Assembly: GCA_030390025.1 (NCBI GenBank)
Contig: JASTWF010000346.1
Location: 1 to 64,000 of the forward strand
Length of the DNA: 64,000 nt
DNA from: Squalus acanthias
Lineage: Eukaryota
Direction of reading: 5' to 3'
How positions within the stretch are numbered: the first letter of the stretch is position 1; each line of letters opens with the position of its first letter. The notes under the pieces are model-generated. The model saw nothing but the letters and a program-made list of their open reading frames with translations, ran no database searches and had not been told where the DNA came from. The translations under genes and the position numbers were made by a program. Positions 1-12,480 of this stretch are shown here, piece after piece.

Positions 1-212
1 CCTCCCACGTTCTACCCTACGTAAACTCGAGGTCATCCAAAACTCGGGCTTCCCGTGTTCCGAACTCGCACCAAGTCCCATTCGCCCATCACCCCTGTGC
101 TCGCTGACCTACATTATCTCCCGGTTAAGCAACGTCTCGATTTTAAAATTCTCATCTTTGTTTTCAAATCCCTCCATGGCCTCGCCCCCTCCCTATCTCT
201 GTAATCTCCTCC
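1..212 (+). mobile_element. L2 LINE ORF2 C-terminal fragment
   Basis: Translates as ...SPITPVLADLH.LPVKQRLDFKILI.VFKSLHGLAPPYLCNLL, the L2 C-terminal motif. The same motif occurs on - at ~2580-2690. Confidence 0.75.
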
Positions 213-662
213 ATTTGACTGTCAGTCCAGGCTGCATGTCGACACGAGGAACTGCTTTAAAACATGCTGGAAACAGGTGAAGTGACAGCAGCATTACGGC
301 TGGGTTCAGCTGTCAGGTTGTCTGCTCCCAACTTGTGATTGGTTGCAGAGTTTGGAATGTAAAATCGTGGGCTGATCACATGAGATGTAAATGCTGTAAA
401 CCCTTCCCAATATTCCAGTCTCATTTTCAATCTGCACCTCAGTCTTTTCATTGAATTTAATGGGATGATTATTTTGAGATGAACAGAACATTTGATCTGT
501 ATGTTGATCACTGGATTCTAACCAGCAGTGATGGTGTAGACTGAGTGAGTGGGATTCCTTGTTCCTTGTTCCCAATCTGTGAAGATAGAAGGGAAGTTTG
601 ACAGTTTTAAAACCGACAGTCAGCAAGAAGTGTAAGATGTGAAATATTTTTGTTTTGTGCAG

Positions 663-689
663 GTTACGACGATGTGGAAATAGATTATG
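663..689 (+). CDS. 27-nt phase-1 micro-exon of a butyrophilin-/TRIM-like B30.2 gene, encoding (x)YDDVEIDY(x)
   Basis: Acceptor ttttgttttgtgcag| and donor |gtgagt. It joins in frame to either B30.2 exon (YDDVEIDY-V-SVTLD) or to micro-exon 47983 (..IDY-D-WKK). Short 21/27-nt exons before the B30.2 exon are typical of butyrophilins. Confidence 0.7.
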
Positions 690-914
690 GTGAGTACAGA
701 ACTGTTATACATTTTAATAAAACTGTTCCCTAATTTACAATATAAAATTGAAGCTCAGTTTCTGAACACTTTAATGTCAATGCTGAAAGAGCTCATCCGA
801 TTGCATCTCCTGAACAAACATTTATTTCCGAATGGAGCTGCTTTATTCCAGCTGTTTAACTCGGCTGGAAGATGTTTTTCTCATTGGCTGTAAAGCACTT
901 TTGGACATCCTGAG

Positions 915-1295
915 GTACTTTTGAAGTGTAGTCACTGTTGTAATGTAGGTAACGCAGCAGCAAATTTGTGCACAGGAAGGTCCCACAAACAGCAATGAGA
1001 TAATGACCAGATAATCTGTTTGTGCCATGGTTGAGGAATAAATATTATCCAGGACACTGGGAGAACTCCCCTGCTCCTCTTCAAAATAGTTTCATGGGAA
1101 CTTTCCACATCCACCTGAGAGGGCAGATGGGGCCTCGGTTTAAACGTCTCATCTGAAAGACAGCACCACTGACAGTGCAGCACTCCCTCAGTACTGCACT
1201 GACGTATCAGCCTAGATTAAGTCTCTGGAGTGGGATTTAAACCCACAAGCTTCTGTCTCGGAGGCGAGAGTACTACCACTGAGCCAAGGCTGACA
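915..1295 (-). mobile_element. tRNA-derived Deu-domain SINE (SacSINE1-like)
   Basis: The minus-strand head tgtcagccttggctcagtggtag...gtgggtttaaatcccactcc carries A and B boxes, followed by a Deu-SINE-like body. A degenerate + copy lies at ~54360-54900. Confidence 0.7.
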
Positions 1296-1465
1296 CCCCA
1301 TTCTGAATGGGGGAAGCTGAATACATTCAAAATGAACAAGTTTCTGATGCCACTACTCTGAGCAATTCTATTCTCCCCCTGTGCCCAAACCACTGAAGAT
1401 TTACTGATCGTCAGAGAGTCAAGTGAACTGAATTTTCCAGTAGCTTCCTGTGGATCTGTGTCTGT

Positions 1466-1652
1466 GGGGGAAATTTGAACCAAATCCGTGGTTGGGAAAC
1501 TGACGGGATCAGATGGAACATTGGTTTTACACCCCGCCAGATATTACTCACCATTGAAGTCACTGAGAGTAATATTGGGCGGGATGTAAAAACCGTCGTT
1601 CCACCCGATCCCGTGAGTTTCCCGCCCGGAGAGTTAGGTTAAAATGACCCCC
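1466..1652. mobile_element. Harbinger-type MITE (~190 bp, imperfect palindrome)
   Basis: TIRs GGGGGAAATTTGAACC / GGTTAAAATGACCCCC, internal inverted symmetry, and 3-bp flanks tgt/tat. Confidence 0.6.
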
Positions 1653-1979
1653 TATGTCTTTATTTGTCAGAATGTCTGTGGATGGGCGAAGAAATTATGG
1701 GCTAGATTGTTATCTTTTGTGTCTGGGTGGTAATCTGGCACAGCTGATTGCCCACCTTTTTAGAGACCCCACCTGATTTTAATTCCATTGATTTCTTCTT
1801 TCATTTCCTCCCTGGTTACAGATTCCCCTCCAGCGCGCCCCAAGGCTCCAGGCTTGACCCTATCCAATTCCTCATTTACATGCAGCCCCTTGGTGACATC
1901 GTCTGCAAGCACAAGCTCAGCTTCTGTGTGTGTGTGTGGTTGATGCCCAGCTTTACCTCTTTAGCCTGTCCAACATCAA

Positions 1980-2690
1980 CAACAACTTGTATTTATATAG
2001 CGCCTTTAACGTAATAAAACCCTCCCAAGGTGCTTCACAGGAGTGTTTGTCAAAAGAAACAAAGTTTGACGCTGAGCCATATAAGGAGATGTTGGGGCAG
2101 ATGGCCAAAAGCTTGGTCGAAGAGTAACTTTTAAGCAGCGTCTTAAAGGAGGAAAGAGTGGAAACATACATAGAAACATAGAATCTAGGAGCAGGAGTAG
2201 GCCATTCGGCCCGTCGAGCCTGCTCCACCATTCAATACGATCATGGCTGATCATCCAAATCCAGTACCCTGTCCCTGCTTTAATCCCCACAGTACACATA
2301 TCCCACCCTCCCCCCCGTAACCCCACGTATTTAATTCCCCCTAACATATCCATCCTATCCCCATAACCCCACATAATTAATCCCCCCTAACACTAAGGGT
2401 CAATTTATCATAGCCAATGAGAGGGCGGAAAGATTTAGGGAAGGAATTCCAGAGCTTAGGACCGAGGCAGCTGAAGGCACGACCGCCAATGGTGGATCAT
2501 TTAAAAATGGGGGATGTCCAAAAGGCTAGAATAGGCAGAGTGCAGAGGTCTAAGGGGATTATAGGGCTGGAGGAGGTTTACAGAGATTAGGAGGGCCGAG
2601 CCATGGAGGGATTTGAAAACGAGGATGAGAATTTTAAAATCGAGGCATTGCTTAACCTGGAGCCAATGTAGGTCAGCGAGCACAGGGAAA
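1980..2690 (-). mobile_element. L2 LINE 3' end, interrupted by a CR1-tailed fragment (~2160-2420)
   Basis: L2 3' terminus aacaacttgtatttatatagcgcctt. ORF 2501..2758 contains PVLADLHWLQVKQCLDFKILILVFKSLHG. Confidence 0.65.
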
Positions 2691-3030
2691 ATGGGTTGTT
2701 TCAGATAACTTCTCCAGCTCAACATCAGCAACACTGAGGCCACATTGTTCAGCTTCAACTAGAAATTGGAACTCCTGAGATTTTTTTAAAATTTGTTTTC
2801 GGTATGGGCAATGTTGATGAGGCCACATTTGTTGTCCATCCCTAGTTGCCTTGAGGAAATGAAGAGTTAACCTACGTAGTGTGGACTGTAGTCTTGTGAA
2901 GGGCACAGTGAACCACTTGGATTGTAACCACAGTCCGGCAGCTTTCATGGTCATGTTTTCTGGCACGTGCCCACAAATGACCAGATTCATTGAATTCAAT
3001 TCCATATCTTGCCATGTGGATTTGAACTCA

Positions 3031-3209
3031 TGGGGTAATTTTAACCTAACTCTCCAGTGGGGAAACCCACGGGATCGGGTGGAACGCCGGTTTTATACCT
3101 CGCCCAGTATTGCTCTCTGTTGACTTCAATGGAGAGTAAAATCAGTCGGAATGTAAAACCAGCGTTACACCCGATCCTGTCAGTATCCTGACGGGTGGGT
3201 TAGGGTAAG
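3031..3209. mobile_element. Harbinger-type MITE of the same family as 1466-1652; its right TIR is displaced to ~6856-6865 by later insertions
   Basis: Left TIR tggggtaattttaacc is preceded by tca. In copy B the right end ggtaaaattgcctcc is contiguous and followed by tca, giving a 3-bp TSD. Confidence 0.6.
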
Positions 3210-3723
3210 AACATAAGACATAGGAGCAGGAGCAGGTCATTTGGCCCCTTGAGCCTGCTCCGCCATTCAATAAGATCATGGCTGATCTGATCTTGGCCTC
3301 AACTCCACTTCCCTGCCTGCTTCCCAAACCCTTGACTCCTCGCCATTGAAAAATCTGTCTATCTCCCACCTTAAATATATTCAATGACCCAGCCTCCACA
3401 GCTCTCTGGGAAGAGAATTCCAAAGATTCACAACCCTCTGAGAGAAGAAATTCCTCTTCATTTCCGTTTTAAATGGGTGCCCCCTTATTCTGAAATTATG
3501 CCCCTAGTTCTAGATTCCCCCACGAGGGGAAACATCCTCTTTGCATCTACCCTGTCAAGCCCCTTCAGAATCTTATATGTTTCAATAAGATTCCCTCTCA
3601 TTCTTCTAAACTCCAATGAGTATAGGCCCAACCTGCTCAACCTTTCTTCATAAGACAACCCCTTCATCTCCAGAATCAACCTCGTGAACTTTCTCTGAAC
3701 TGCTCTCCAATGCAAGTATATCC
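3210..3723 (-). mobile_element. CR1 LINE 3' fragment (resumes at ~6829-6855 after the RTE insertion)
   Basis: ORF 3485..3715 reads AVQRKFTRLI..GLSYEERLSRLGLYSLEFRRMRG. The consensus-like sequence tgcaagtatatcc|ttctttaaataaggagacc is split by the RTE. Confidence 0.8.
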
Positions 3724-6700
3724 CGGCGGGCAGGGGAAGGCCAGCTCAAGGAGCAAGGCGGTGGTTACACCTTCTTCTGGAAAGGCAAAGCTGAAGAAGA
3801 ACGCCGCCTCAATGGGGTAGGCTTCGCCATAAAAAATGAGTGGACTCTCTTGGACTTCAGAGACTCCCCTTGCGGAATAAACGAACACTCTCATGACTCT
3901 TTGGCTCACCCTAGCCCGAACTAGTGCGCTACAGCCATCAGTGCATACCCCCTAACACTGAACCACAGATGAGACCAAAGAGGAATTCTACTCCAGCCTC
4001 GAACAACCCTGTCCCGAGTCCTAATGGGCGACAAGCTGATCCTCCTTGGCGACTTTAACGCCAGAGTTGGAAAGGACACAGACCTCTGGGGAGGTGTGAT
4101 TGGCAGAGAGGGGGTAGAGAAAGAGCCAACTCCAACGGTACCCTACCCGCCTCCTGACGAAATGCTTAGAACATGGCCTTGTCTTAACCAACACCTTGTT
4201 CCGTCAGAGAGACAAGTACAAGGCATCATGGCAGCACCCTCGTCCAAGCACTGGCATCTGCTGGACTACGTCATCGTCCGAGCGAGGGACCGTAAGACGT
4301 CCGCATCACCCGCGCCATGACAGGAGCTGACGACTGCTGGACAGACCACCGCCCAATCCGCTCTGTGATCTCCACCAATGTAGCCCCAAAACAGCGACGG
4401 CAACAGAAACAATGCCGCAGGAAAATCAACGCTGGAGCACTCAAAGACCCCGCTAAGAAAGCCCTATTCAGCCTGTGCCTCACAAAAAACCTGACGACTC
4501 CCAGTGATTCAGAGACACAGAGTGTCCACAGCGCCTGGTCTGCACTCAAAGCCTCCATAATCAGCACCTGTGAAGAGACGCTCGGTCACTCGACCAGGAA
4601 ACACCAAGACTGGTTCGACGAGAACGACCAGGAAATCCAAGAGCTAATAAGCAGCAAGCGTTCCTGATCTGGAAACAGCAACACAACTCGAGCAAGAAAG
4701 CAGCTCTACAGACGCCTGAAGGCCGAGGTCCAACAAAAAACTCGCGACCTAAACAGATGGTGGGTGGAGAAAGCGCAGGAGATCCAGCAGCTAGCCAACA
4801 ACCACGACATGCGTGGATTCTTTAGCGCAGTCAAGACCACCTACGGCCCAAGCACACAAGGTCCTATCCCACTGCGGGCCAAGAACGGAGAGGTACTCAT
4901 GAAGGACAGAGAGGCAGTCAGTGCCCGCTAGAAGGAACACTTCGAAGATCTCCTTAACCGAGACTCTGTCTTCGACGCGAGTGTCCTCAACTCCATCCTG
5001 CAGCATGCTACCCACCACCACCTCAGCAACAACCCCAGCCCAGCATGAGGTTGAAAAGGCCATCCGACAACCAAGAACAACAAGGCCTCAGGAGCAGATG
5101 GAATCCCCCCGCCGAGGCACTAAAGCATGGCGGAGAAGCACTATTGGTGCGAATACATGAACTCATTTCTCTTATTTGGAAGGCGGAGAGCATGCCAGGG
5201 GATCTCAGAGATGCCGTAATTGTGACCATCTTCAAGAAAGGTAACAAGTCCGACTGCGGTAATTACAGAGGAGTTTCCCTGCTGTCTGCCACAGGGAAAG
5301 TCATCGCAAGAATGCTCCTCAATCACCTTCTCCCAGTGGCTGAAGAGCTCCTCCCAGAGCCGCAATGCAGATTCCGCCCACTAAGGGGCACACTGGACAT
5401 GATCATCACCGCGCGTCAAATACAAGAGACATGCTGGGAACAGCACCAACCGCTGTACATGGCCTTCTTTGACCTCACAAAGGCCTTCGACATTGTCAAA
5501 ACCGTGAGGGATTATGGAGTGTCCTCCTCAATTTCGGCTGCCCTCAAAAGTTTGTCACCATCCTCCGCCTGCTTCACGACGACATGCATGCTGTGATCCA
5601 GACCAACGGATCCACCACAGACCCAATTCACATACGGACCAGGGTCAAGCAAGGCTGTGTCATTGCACCAACGCTTTTCTCGATCTTCCTTGCTGCAATG
5701 CTCCATCTCACCCTCAGTAAGCTCCCCGCTGGAGTGGAGCTAATGTACAGAACAAACGGGAAACTGTTCAACCTCCGTCGCCCTCCAGTCCAGATCCAAG
5801 GTGTCCCATCCTCTGTAATGAATTACCAGTATGCAGACGACGCTTGCGTCTGCGCACAATCGGAGGTCGAACTCCAAATCATCGTCAACACCTTCACCGA
5901 AGCAATGAGAGCATAGGCCTTACACTAAACATCGTAAGACAAAGGTCCTCTACCAACCTGCCCCCGCCACACACTACTGCCCCCCGATTTATCAAAATCC
6001 ACGACGAGGCCTTGGACAACGTAGACCACTTTCCATACCTCGGGAGCCTACTGTCAACAAGGGCAGACGTCGATGACGAAGTCCAACAACCGCCTTCAGT
6101 GTGCCATTGCAGCCTTCGGTCACCTGAGGAAGAGAGTGTTTGAAGACCAGGACCTCAAACCCGGCACCAACCTCATGGTCTACAGAGCAGTAGTGATACC
6201 CACACCTCCTGTATGCTTCAGAGAATGGAGCATGTACAGCAGGCACCTCAAAGCACCGGAGAGGTACCACCAACACTGCCTCTGCAAGATCCTGCAAATC
6301 CATTGGTAGGATAGGCGCACCAACATCAGTGTTCTCGCTCAGGCCAACATCCCTAGCATTGAAGCTTTGACCACGCTCGATCAGTTCCGATGGACGGGCA
6401 ACATCATCCGCATGCCCGATACGAGACTCCCAAAACAAGCGCTCTACTCGGAGCTCCGACACGGCAAGAGAGCCCAGGTGGGCAGAGGAAACACTTCAAG
6501 GACACCCTCAAAGCCTCCTTGAAAAAGTGCAACATCCCCACCGACACCTGGGAATCCCTGGCCCAAGACCGCTCAAAGTGGAGGAGAAGCATCCGGGAAG
6601 GTGCCGAACACCTCAAGTCTCTTCGCCGGGAGCAAGCGGAAGCCAAGCGCAAATAGCGGAAGGAGCGCACGTCAACCCAAGCACCCCACCCACCCGCCCC

Positions 6701-6828
6701 TTCAACACACTGTCTGCCCCACCTGTGACAGAGACTGTAGGTCCCGCATTGGACTCATCAGTCACCTGAGAACTCATTTTTAGTCTGGAAGCAAGTCATC
6801 CTCGGTTCCGAGGGACTGCCTAAGAAGA
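3724..6828 (+). mobile_element. RTE-clade LINE, 5'-truncated and frameshifted (EN-RT-CCHH)
   Basis: EN motifs LLGDFNARVG and LLDYVIVR..TDHR; RT motifs NYRGVSLL, FFDLTKAFD, VKQGCVIAPTLF and QYADD; C-terminal CPTCDRDCRSRIGLISHLRTH; (AAG)n tail; apparent short TSD atcc. Confidence 0.9.
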
Positions 6829-9800
6829 ATCCTTCTTTAAATAAGGAGACCAAAAAATTGCCTTCTCACCTCTGGATAGCTATCGCAGTATTATAACCAC
6901 TACAGTAACACACCCATCACCTTTCCTGGGTATTTGCTTAGACTACGCCTGATTGTATGGACCCTCTGTGTGCCACTTAACCCTGAGCTGAGCTTCAAAC
7001 CTCACATTTAGTCCATTATCAAGGCTTAATTCCACCTTTGTAACATCATCTGTCGATGTCCTTACCTAATGCCCGTGGGCCTTCATCCTCTCTCCCTGTG
7101 CAGTCATTTTTAACTCCTTGCTTTTCTGACTTTGATCTTCTCTGCATGCAGCCCCTCATTCCCATTCCCACAGTGATAGCAGAGCTTTGAGTCAACATGC
7201 CCCTGCAGTCTGGGATTCTGTTCCTAAACCCCTCCCTCATGCTGCAACTCTCTCCATCCTTCAGAAACCTCAAAACCTGCTTTCTGCTTCGGGGCACATC
7301 CCTAATGCCTGCCCTCCCCCTGACCCCTCTGTAAAGGGATTTCATTATGTAAAAGGTGCTGTACCAGTGTGAGTTGTTGGGTCTGTTGACGGGTGGTCAG
7401 GGTGCAGGTGGCTGGAAACATAGAGCAACAGTTCCTCAAACCATCCAGCTCAGAAATCACCCTGACACAGTGAAGGGAGTGTCTAAAATGAGAAAATGGG
7501 CAGATCTAATCCTGATGGGGGAATGGGTCCGAATCTGGCAGGTGAAGAATTTCCCAGTTTTTTCCTGAATTGGCCTGTGGGTTTTTTCTGCCATTCCTGC
7601 TCCAGTTTACAATTGAGCTGCTCGTTCCCTCCCCTCGGGGGCGGGCTCTTCGTCTTCAGAAACAGGGAATCAGTCAGAAGCGGCGAACTCGGTGAGAGCA
7701 TCGCTCCTGCCCGACCCCAGAGATTGGGAGCGGCTGGTAAAGCACTTTGGGATGTCCAGTGGTCATGAAAGGCGCTAGATAAATGCAAGTCTTTTTCTTT
7801 ATTGAACAAAGTATATTCTGCAACCATTAAATTAATCTGTGGTTTGATTAAGTTTCAATCAAATAATCTAGAAGAGTTTACAGAGTGCTGTTAATATTTA
7901 CTGAGGCTGAAGGGCCATATTCATTGATTGTCATCTTCAAAATAAAACTCCACTTTCATTTTCATTACTGAATCTCCACAATTTCAATCTATTTCTTTTT
8001 GCTTTTTTTGCAACCTCAAATTTTTATAATGCATTTCCTGTCACTTGTCTTTTGCTTCTGTTAAATCACTGTGTACACTATGTCTAATACTGCATTCACC
8101 AAGACATTTTATTTGAATTTGAGGGATACGGGCTGATAATTTAATCCATTGCCATGGTGGTATAGAAGTAGTGCATTGATATAGTCTCAGCTCATTATAC
8201 AACCTATTTCATACAACAATATATTTATATTTATACATTTAAAAACAATATATTTGAAATTATTATAAGGAAACCAAAATATGCATTTATTGCATGGGAC
8301 ACACTCTGGAATCCAAGAGTATTTTGATCAAATAAAACAACAACTTCATCAAATCACCTTTCTCATTTTTGAAGGTGGGGAACCCAACCCCCAATACCTA
8401 CTTAAAACATAAATAACTTTGTAGGTGAAATCGTATATGCGACTCTCCAGTGGACCTCAGACACTTTTGGCAATGTTTTTTCTGCATGAGAGGAGAGGTA
8501 GTGGGGAAAATAGCTTGTCTGAAGGTATAAGTACCTACTCTGACAGTCTGTTATGTCTCCCTTGTAACTGGAGTAAATTGGAACATTCAGTAACAACTAT
8601 CACAACACTACTGATCGCCTTGAAAATATGCAATGTAGCAGATGCTGTGTAAGTTGCAGCACAGACTTTTGACTGCTCTTAAAGTGTTTATATCTAATTC
8701 TTTACCTTTTTGTTAGTTTAGTGGAGGGGAATTGTAACACAGATGGGCACTTAACATAGTCATCCATAGTAGCTGAGAGCTTTGTTTATATATATATTTG
8801 TTCTTAGGGGTGTAGGCAGCACTGACAGACTGAAGCCCTCCTCTCAGCTGAATCCTTTCCTCTGTGCAGTAACTTAATTCCAGTGCAGTGTCATCTCAAA
8901 AGAAACTCTCCCCTTCCTCTAAGCCTGACCTGCAGAGATGATATAACATGTCTGTGGGTGATCAAGGGTGTGCTTCACTATTTAGCCACAACAATTAGCA
9001 GTAGCTTTTGCTTGCACTTCACCCCATGCAGTGTAGATTAAATAACATATTTCAGATTAAAGTTAGGTGATCAATTTTCTCCTACAAATTGCAGTAGAAT
9101 TTCAGCTGCTGCTAGCAATGCAATTCTTTGTCAAGTTACTGGAGGTGAGCTGTTGTATCAATTGGCTGAAAGTACTTGGTAATTGGATCAAAATAAATCC
9201 ATAGCATCAGACACGTACCTGTCTTTGGGACAGATTAACTTGTTCCATGAGATATTCTACTTATCTCCAGCGCATGTATGATGTGGGCATGTACAGAAGA
9301 GCTCTCACACTGGGCAGTGAAGAGAAAAATCTGTCCCCTCTATATTTTATATTTCTTTATGGAATTTCAGTAGCTGCCTGGCTAGTAGCCACTTGAATTT
9401 GGTGGCTGAAAACAAAACTGTTGGTACACTTTATTTGTCCCACTTGTTAATATTACTTCACTGAGGGATCTGTCACCTCTGTTTCAGTTGTGTGTTTAAT
9501 GGATGTTCGTTGACAGAGCAGTTAATATTGATTAATTGGCTGTGAGAAGGAGCTGAAGTTAATCGCTTGTGACTGTCCCATAAGGGAGTCCTGCAAGCAA
9601 ATCTCCCAGTTTGCTTTCTGAAAGGAGTGAATGGCTGGATCCAGATTTCCAGAGAAAACAGCCTGATGCTTTTGAAACCTTTTGTGAATGGCAGCTGGAT
9701 TGAATTGTGAAATGTAATATTCTCAATCAGATTGAAAAGTAGAGAGCAGGTATAACTGTTGCCCCAATCGATTCTCCTTCACTGGATTTGTTTCACCAGG

Positions 9801-10209
9801 CTGTTTACAAGCTGGATCTAGCAGGGACACACAATTTCACTTGTCAGCTTCACATTACAGATGCTGGTCCAAGTTATGTGTCATTAGGGAGAACCTTGAG
9901 ATACTTTTCTTCTTTTGGAAAAAGGACTGTAAATTTAACTAAAATGTTGTAATCCAGTGAAATCTGCTGTATGTTCTTGCTTCTGCTAACTTCACTCCTG
10001 AGATGCAAGGTTTGTCAGAGTGTTATTAGTTCATCAGTCAGAGACATTAGAAAAGTACAGGGCTATCAATATCAGAATTGGGTTTATTTGTTTACCCCAG
10101 GTATGCCAGCTCCAACATTACTTCACACACAAGGTCATGTTTTGACACATAGGAAGCAGAGGCTTGCATGTGGAAGCAATCCTTTTCATGGGCATAAGAA
10201 AAATTGAGA

Positions 10210-12290
10210 AGGACATTGGTTTTCAGGGCTGAGAACTTGGGAAAATAAAATGGTCAACAATATGGCAAACAATGATACAGAATGCAATGGGAAACATTTA
10301 AAACGGTGTTTAACAGAGTCCAGGAAAAATATACTCCGATTTAAAAAAAACAAGAACAAGCTAAACACTAATTATGAATAAAGACATAATGGAAAAATTA
10401 AGGGTAAGAAAAGAGGCATACATTAAGTACATGGATAGCAGGGGAGAGCATGATAAGGGGAGAATACCAAGAAATTAGGAGAGAAGTCAAAAAAAGTTAG
10501 GAACGCAAAGAGGAACTATGAAATTAAATTATCAAGGAACATAAAACAAAATAGCAAATATTTTACAGGCACATAAAATAAAAAAATGAAAGTCGGGATG
10601 GGAATAGGGCCACTAAGGGATGGACAGGATAATACCACAGGCAGCGATAGAAAGATGGCAGAAATATTAAATAATTACTTTGCTTCAGTATTTACAAGGA
10701 GACACAACAGGCGGACATGACATTGGATGATGAGATTAGAAAGGAGATAACTGTATTTAAATAAAAAAGAGATATATTAAATAAACTAATCAAACTCAAA
10801 GAAGATAACACCCCTGGTCTGGACGGATACATCCGCGCATTTTAGAAGAATCTAGGGAAGAGATAGCAGAGGTATTACTACACATATTTAATAATCGTTA
10901 GAAAAAGGTGTAGTGCCAGAGGACTGGCGGATAGCTAACGTAATAACTATATTTAAGAAGGGAGATAGAACAGGGAACTATAGACCAGTCAGCTTAACAT
11001 CGGTGGCAGGAAAAATAATAGAATCCCTACTAAAGGAGAAAATAGAAGAACATCGAGAAACCAAAAATATAATAATGAATAGTCAACATGGATTTCAATT
11101 GGGAAAGTCTTGCTTGACCAACCTCATAAAATTTTTTGAAGAGGTAACAGAGAGAGTAGACAAGGGTAATGAAGTAGATGTAATTTGTACCACATAATAG
11201 GCTAATGAATAAGGTCAGAGCATGCGGAGTCAGGGGACAAGTAGCAGAATGGATAGCTAGCTGGCTTCAAGACAGAAAGCAGAGAGATGGGGTAAAGGGT
11301 AGCTATTCAGAGTGGCAGAAGGTGGGAAGTGGTGTTCCACAAGTGTTAGTGCTGGGACCACTGTTCACAATTTATGTTCACGATTTAGACTTTGGAATCA
11401 AAAACACAATTTCTAAATTTGCAGATGACACCAAATTGGGGGGTGGGGGGATAGTCAATACTGAGGAGGACTGCAACAAATTACAGGAAGACATTAATAA
11501 ACTCGCAGAATGGGCATATAATTGGCAAATGGATTTCAACACAGATAAATGTGAGGTATTACATTTTGGTAAGAAAAGTAGGGGTGGAGGAGCAAAGGGA
11601 TCTCGGAGTACAACTACCGAAATCACTGAAAGTAGCAACACAGGTTAACAAGGCCATAAAAAAGCAAACCAAGCACTAGGATTTATTTCTAGAGGGATAG
11701 AATTCAAAAGTAGGGAAGTTATGCTGAACTTGTATCAAACCTTGGTTCGACCACACTTGGAGTACTGCGTACAATTCTGGTCACCATATTATAAAAAGGA
11801 TATAGAGACGATTTACAAGGATGATACCAGAAATGCGAGGGTATACCTTTCAGGAAAGGATGAACAGGCTGGGTCTCTTTTCTCTTGAAAAGAGAAGGCT
11901 GAGGGGTGACCTAATAGAGGTATTTAAAATTATTAAAGGTTTTGATAGAGTAGATACAGAGAGTGTTTCCACTTGTGGGGAGGGGCAAAACTAGAGGCCA
12001 ACAATATAAGATAGTCACCAAGAAATCAAATAGGGAATTCAGAAGGAACTTCTTTACCCAGAGAGTGGTGAGAATGTGGAACTCGCTACCACAGGGAGTG
12101 GTTGAAGCAAATAGTATGGATGCATTTAAGGGGCGGTTAGATAAGCATATGAGGGAGAAGGGAATAGAGGGTTATGCTGATAGAGTTAAATGAGGAAAGA
12201 TGGGAGGAGGCTCGAGTGGAGCATCAAGACTGGCATGGACTGGTTGGGCCGAATGGCCTATTTCTGTGCAGCATATCCTATGTAATCCTA
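10210..12290 (+). mobile_element. Degenerate CR1 LINE (ORF2 3' half and 3' UTR)
   Basis: ORFs 10913-11197 (NYRPVSLTS, SQHGF..KSCLTNL), 11205-11648 (GVPQ..LGP, KFADDTKL) and 11963-12193 (FFTQRVV..WNSLP). Confidence 0.85.
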
Positions 12291-12480
12291 TGCAAATAAT
12301 CTGGAGAGAGTCTGAATTGTAGCAATTGAAATGCATGCTGAGATAGATGTGTGCTAGACACAATACTTTTAATGGTATACATGAGCTCCTGAGCAACAGC
12401 ATACATTCTGCATGTGGGGGATTTGCTGCACAGCAAAATAAAGGTAGAATTTTATAATTAAAGGAACTATGGCCTAGATT

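Larger units (their letters stand above)
1671..7733 (+). repeat. Intronic segmental duplicate, copy A (paralogous to ~22701-26731)
   Basis: Four collinear near-identical blocks: 1671-1800/22701-22830, 1879-1979/25618-25718, 3079-3209/25730-25860 and 6856-7733/25861-26731. Confidence 0.9.

Noticed and set aside
605..631. Another apparent 27-nt ag..gtaaga micro-exon just upstream of exon 663
   Set aside because: It would leave a 31-nt intron, which is too short, and its acceptor has no polypyrimidine tract.
1220..1295. tRNA gene on the minus strand
   Set aside because: It is the degenerate tRNA-derived head of a SINE and is contiguous with the SINE body.
7800..10200. Additional micro-exons in AT-rich unique sequence
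   Set aside because: No candidate had a good acceptor, a good donor and a frame-preserving length. Very small exons could still be missed by eye.
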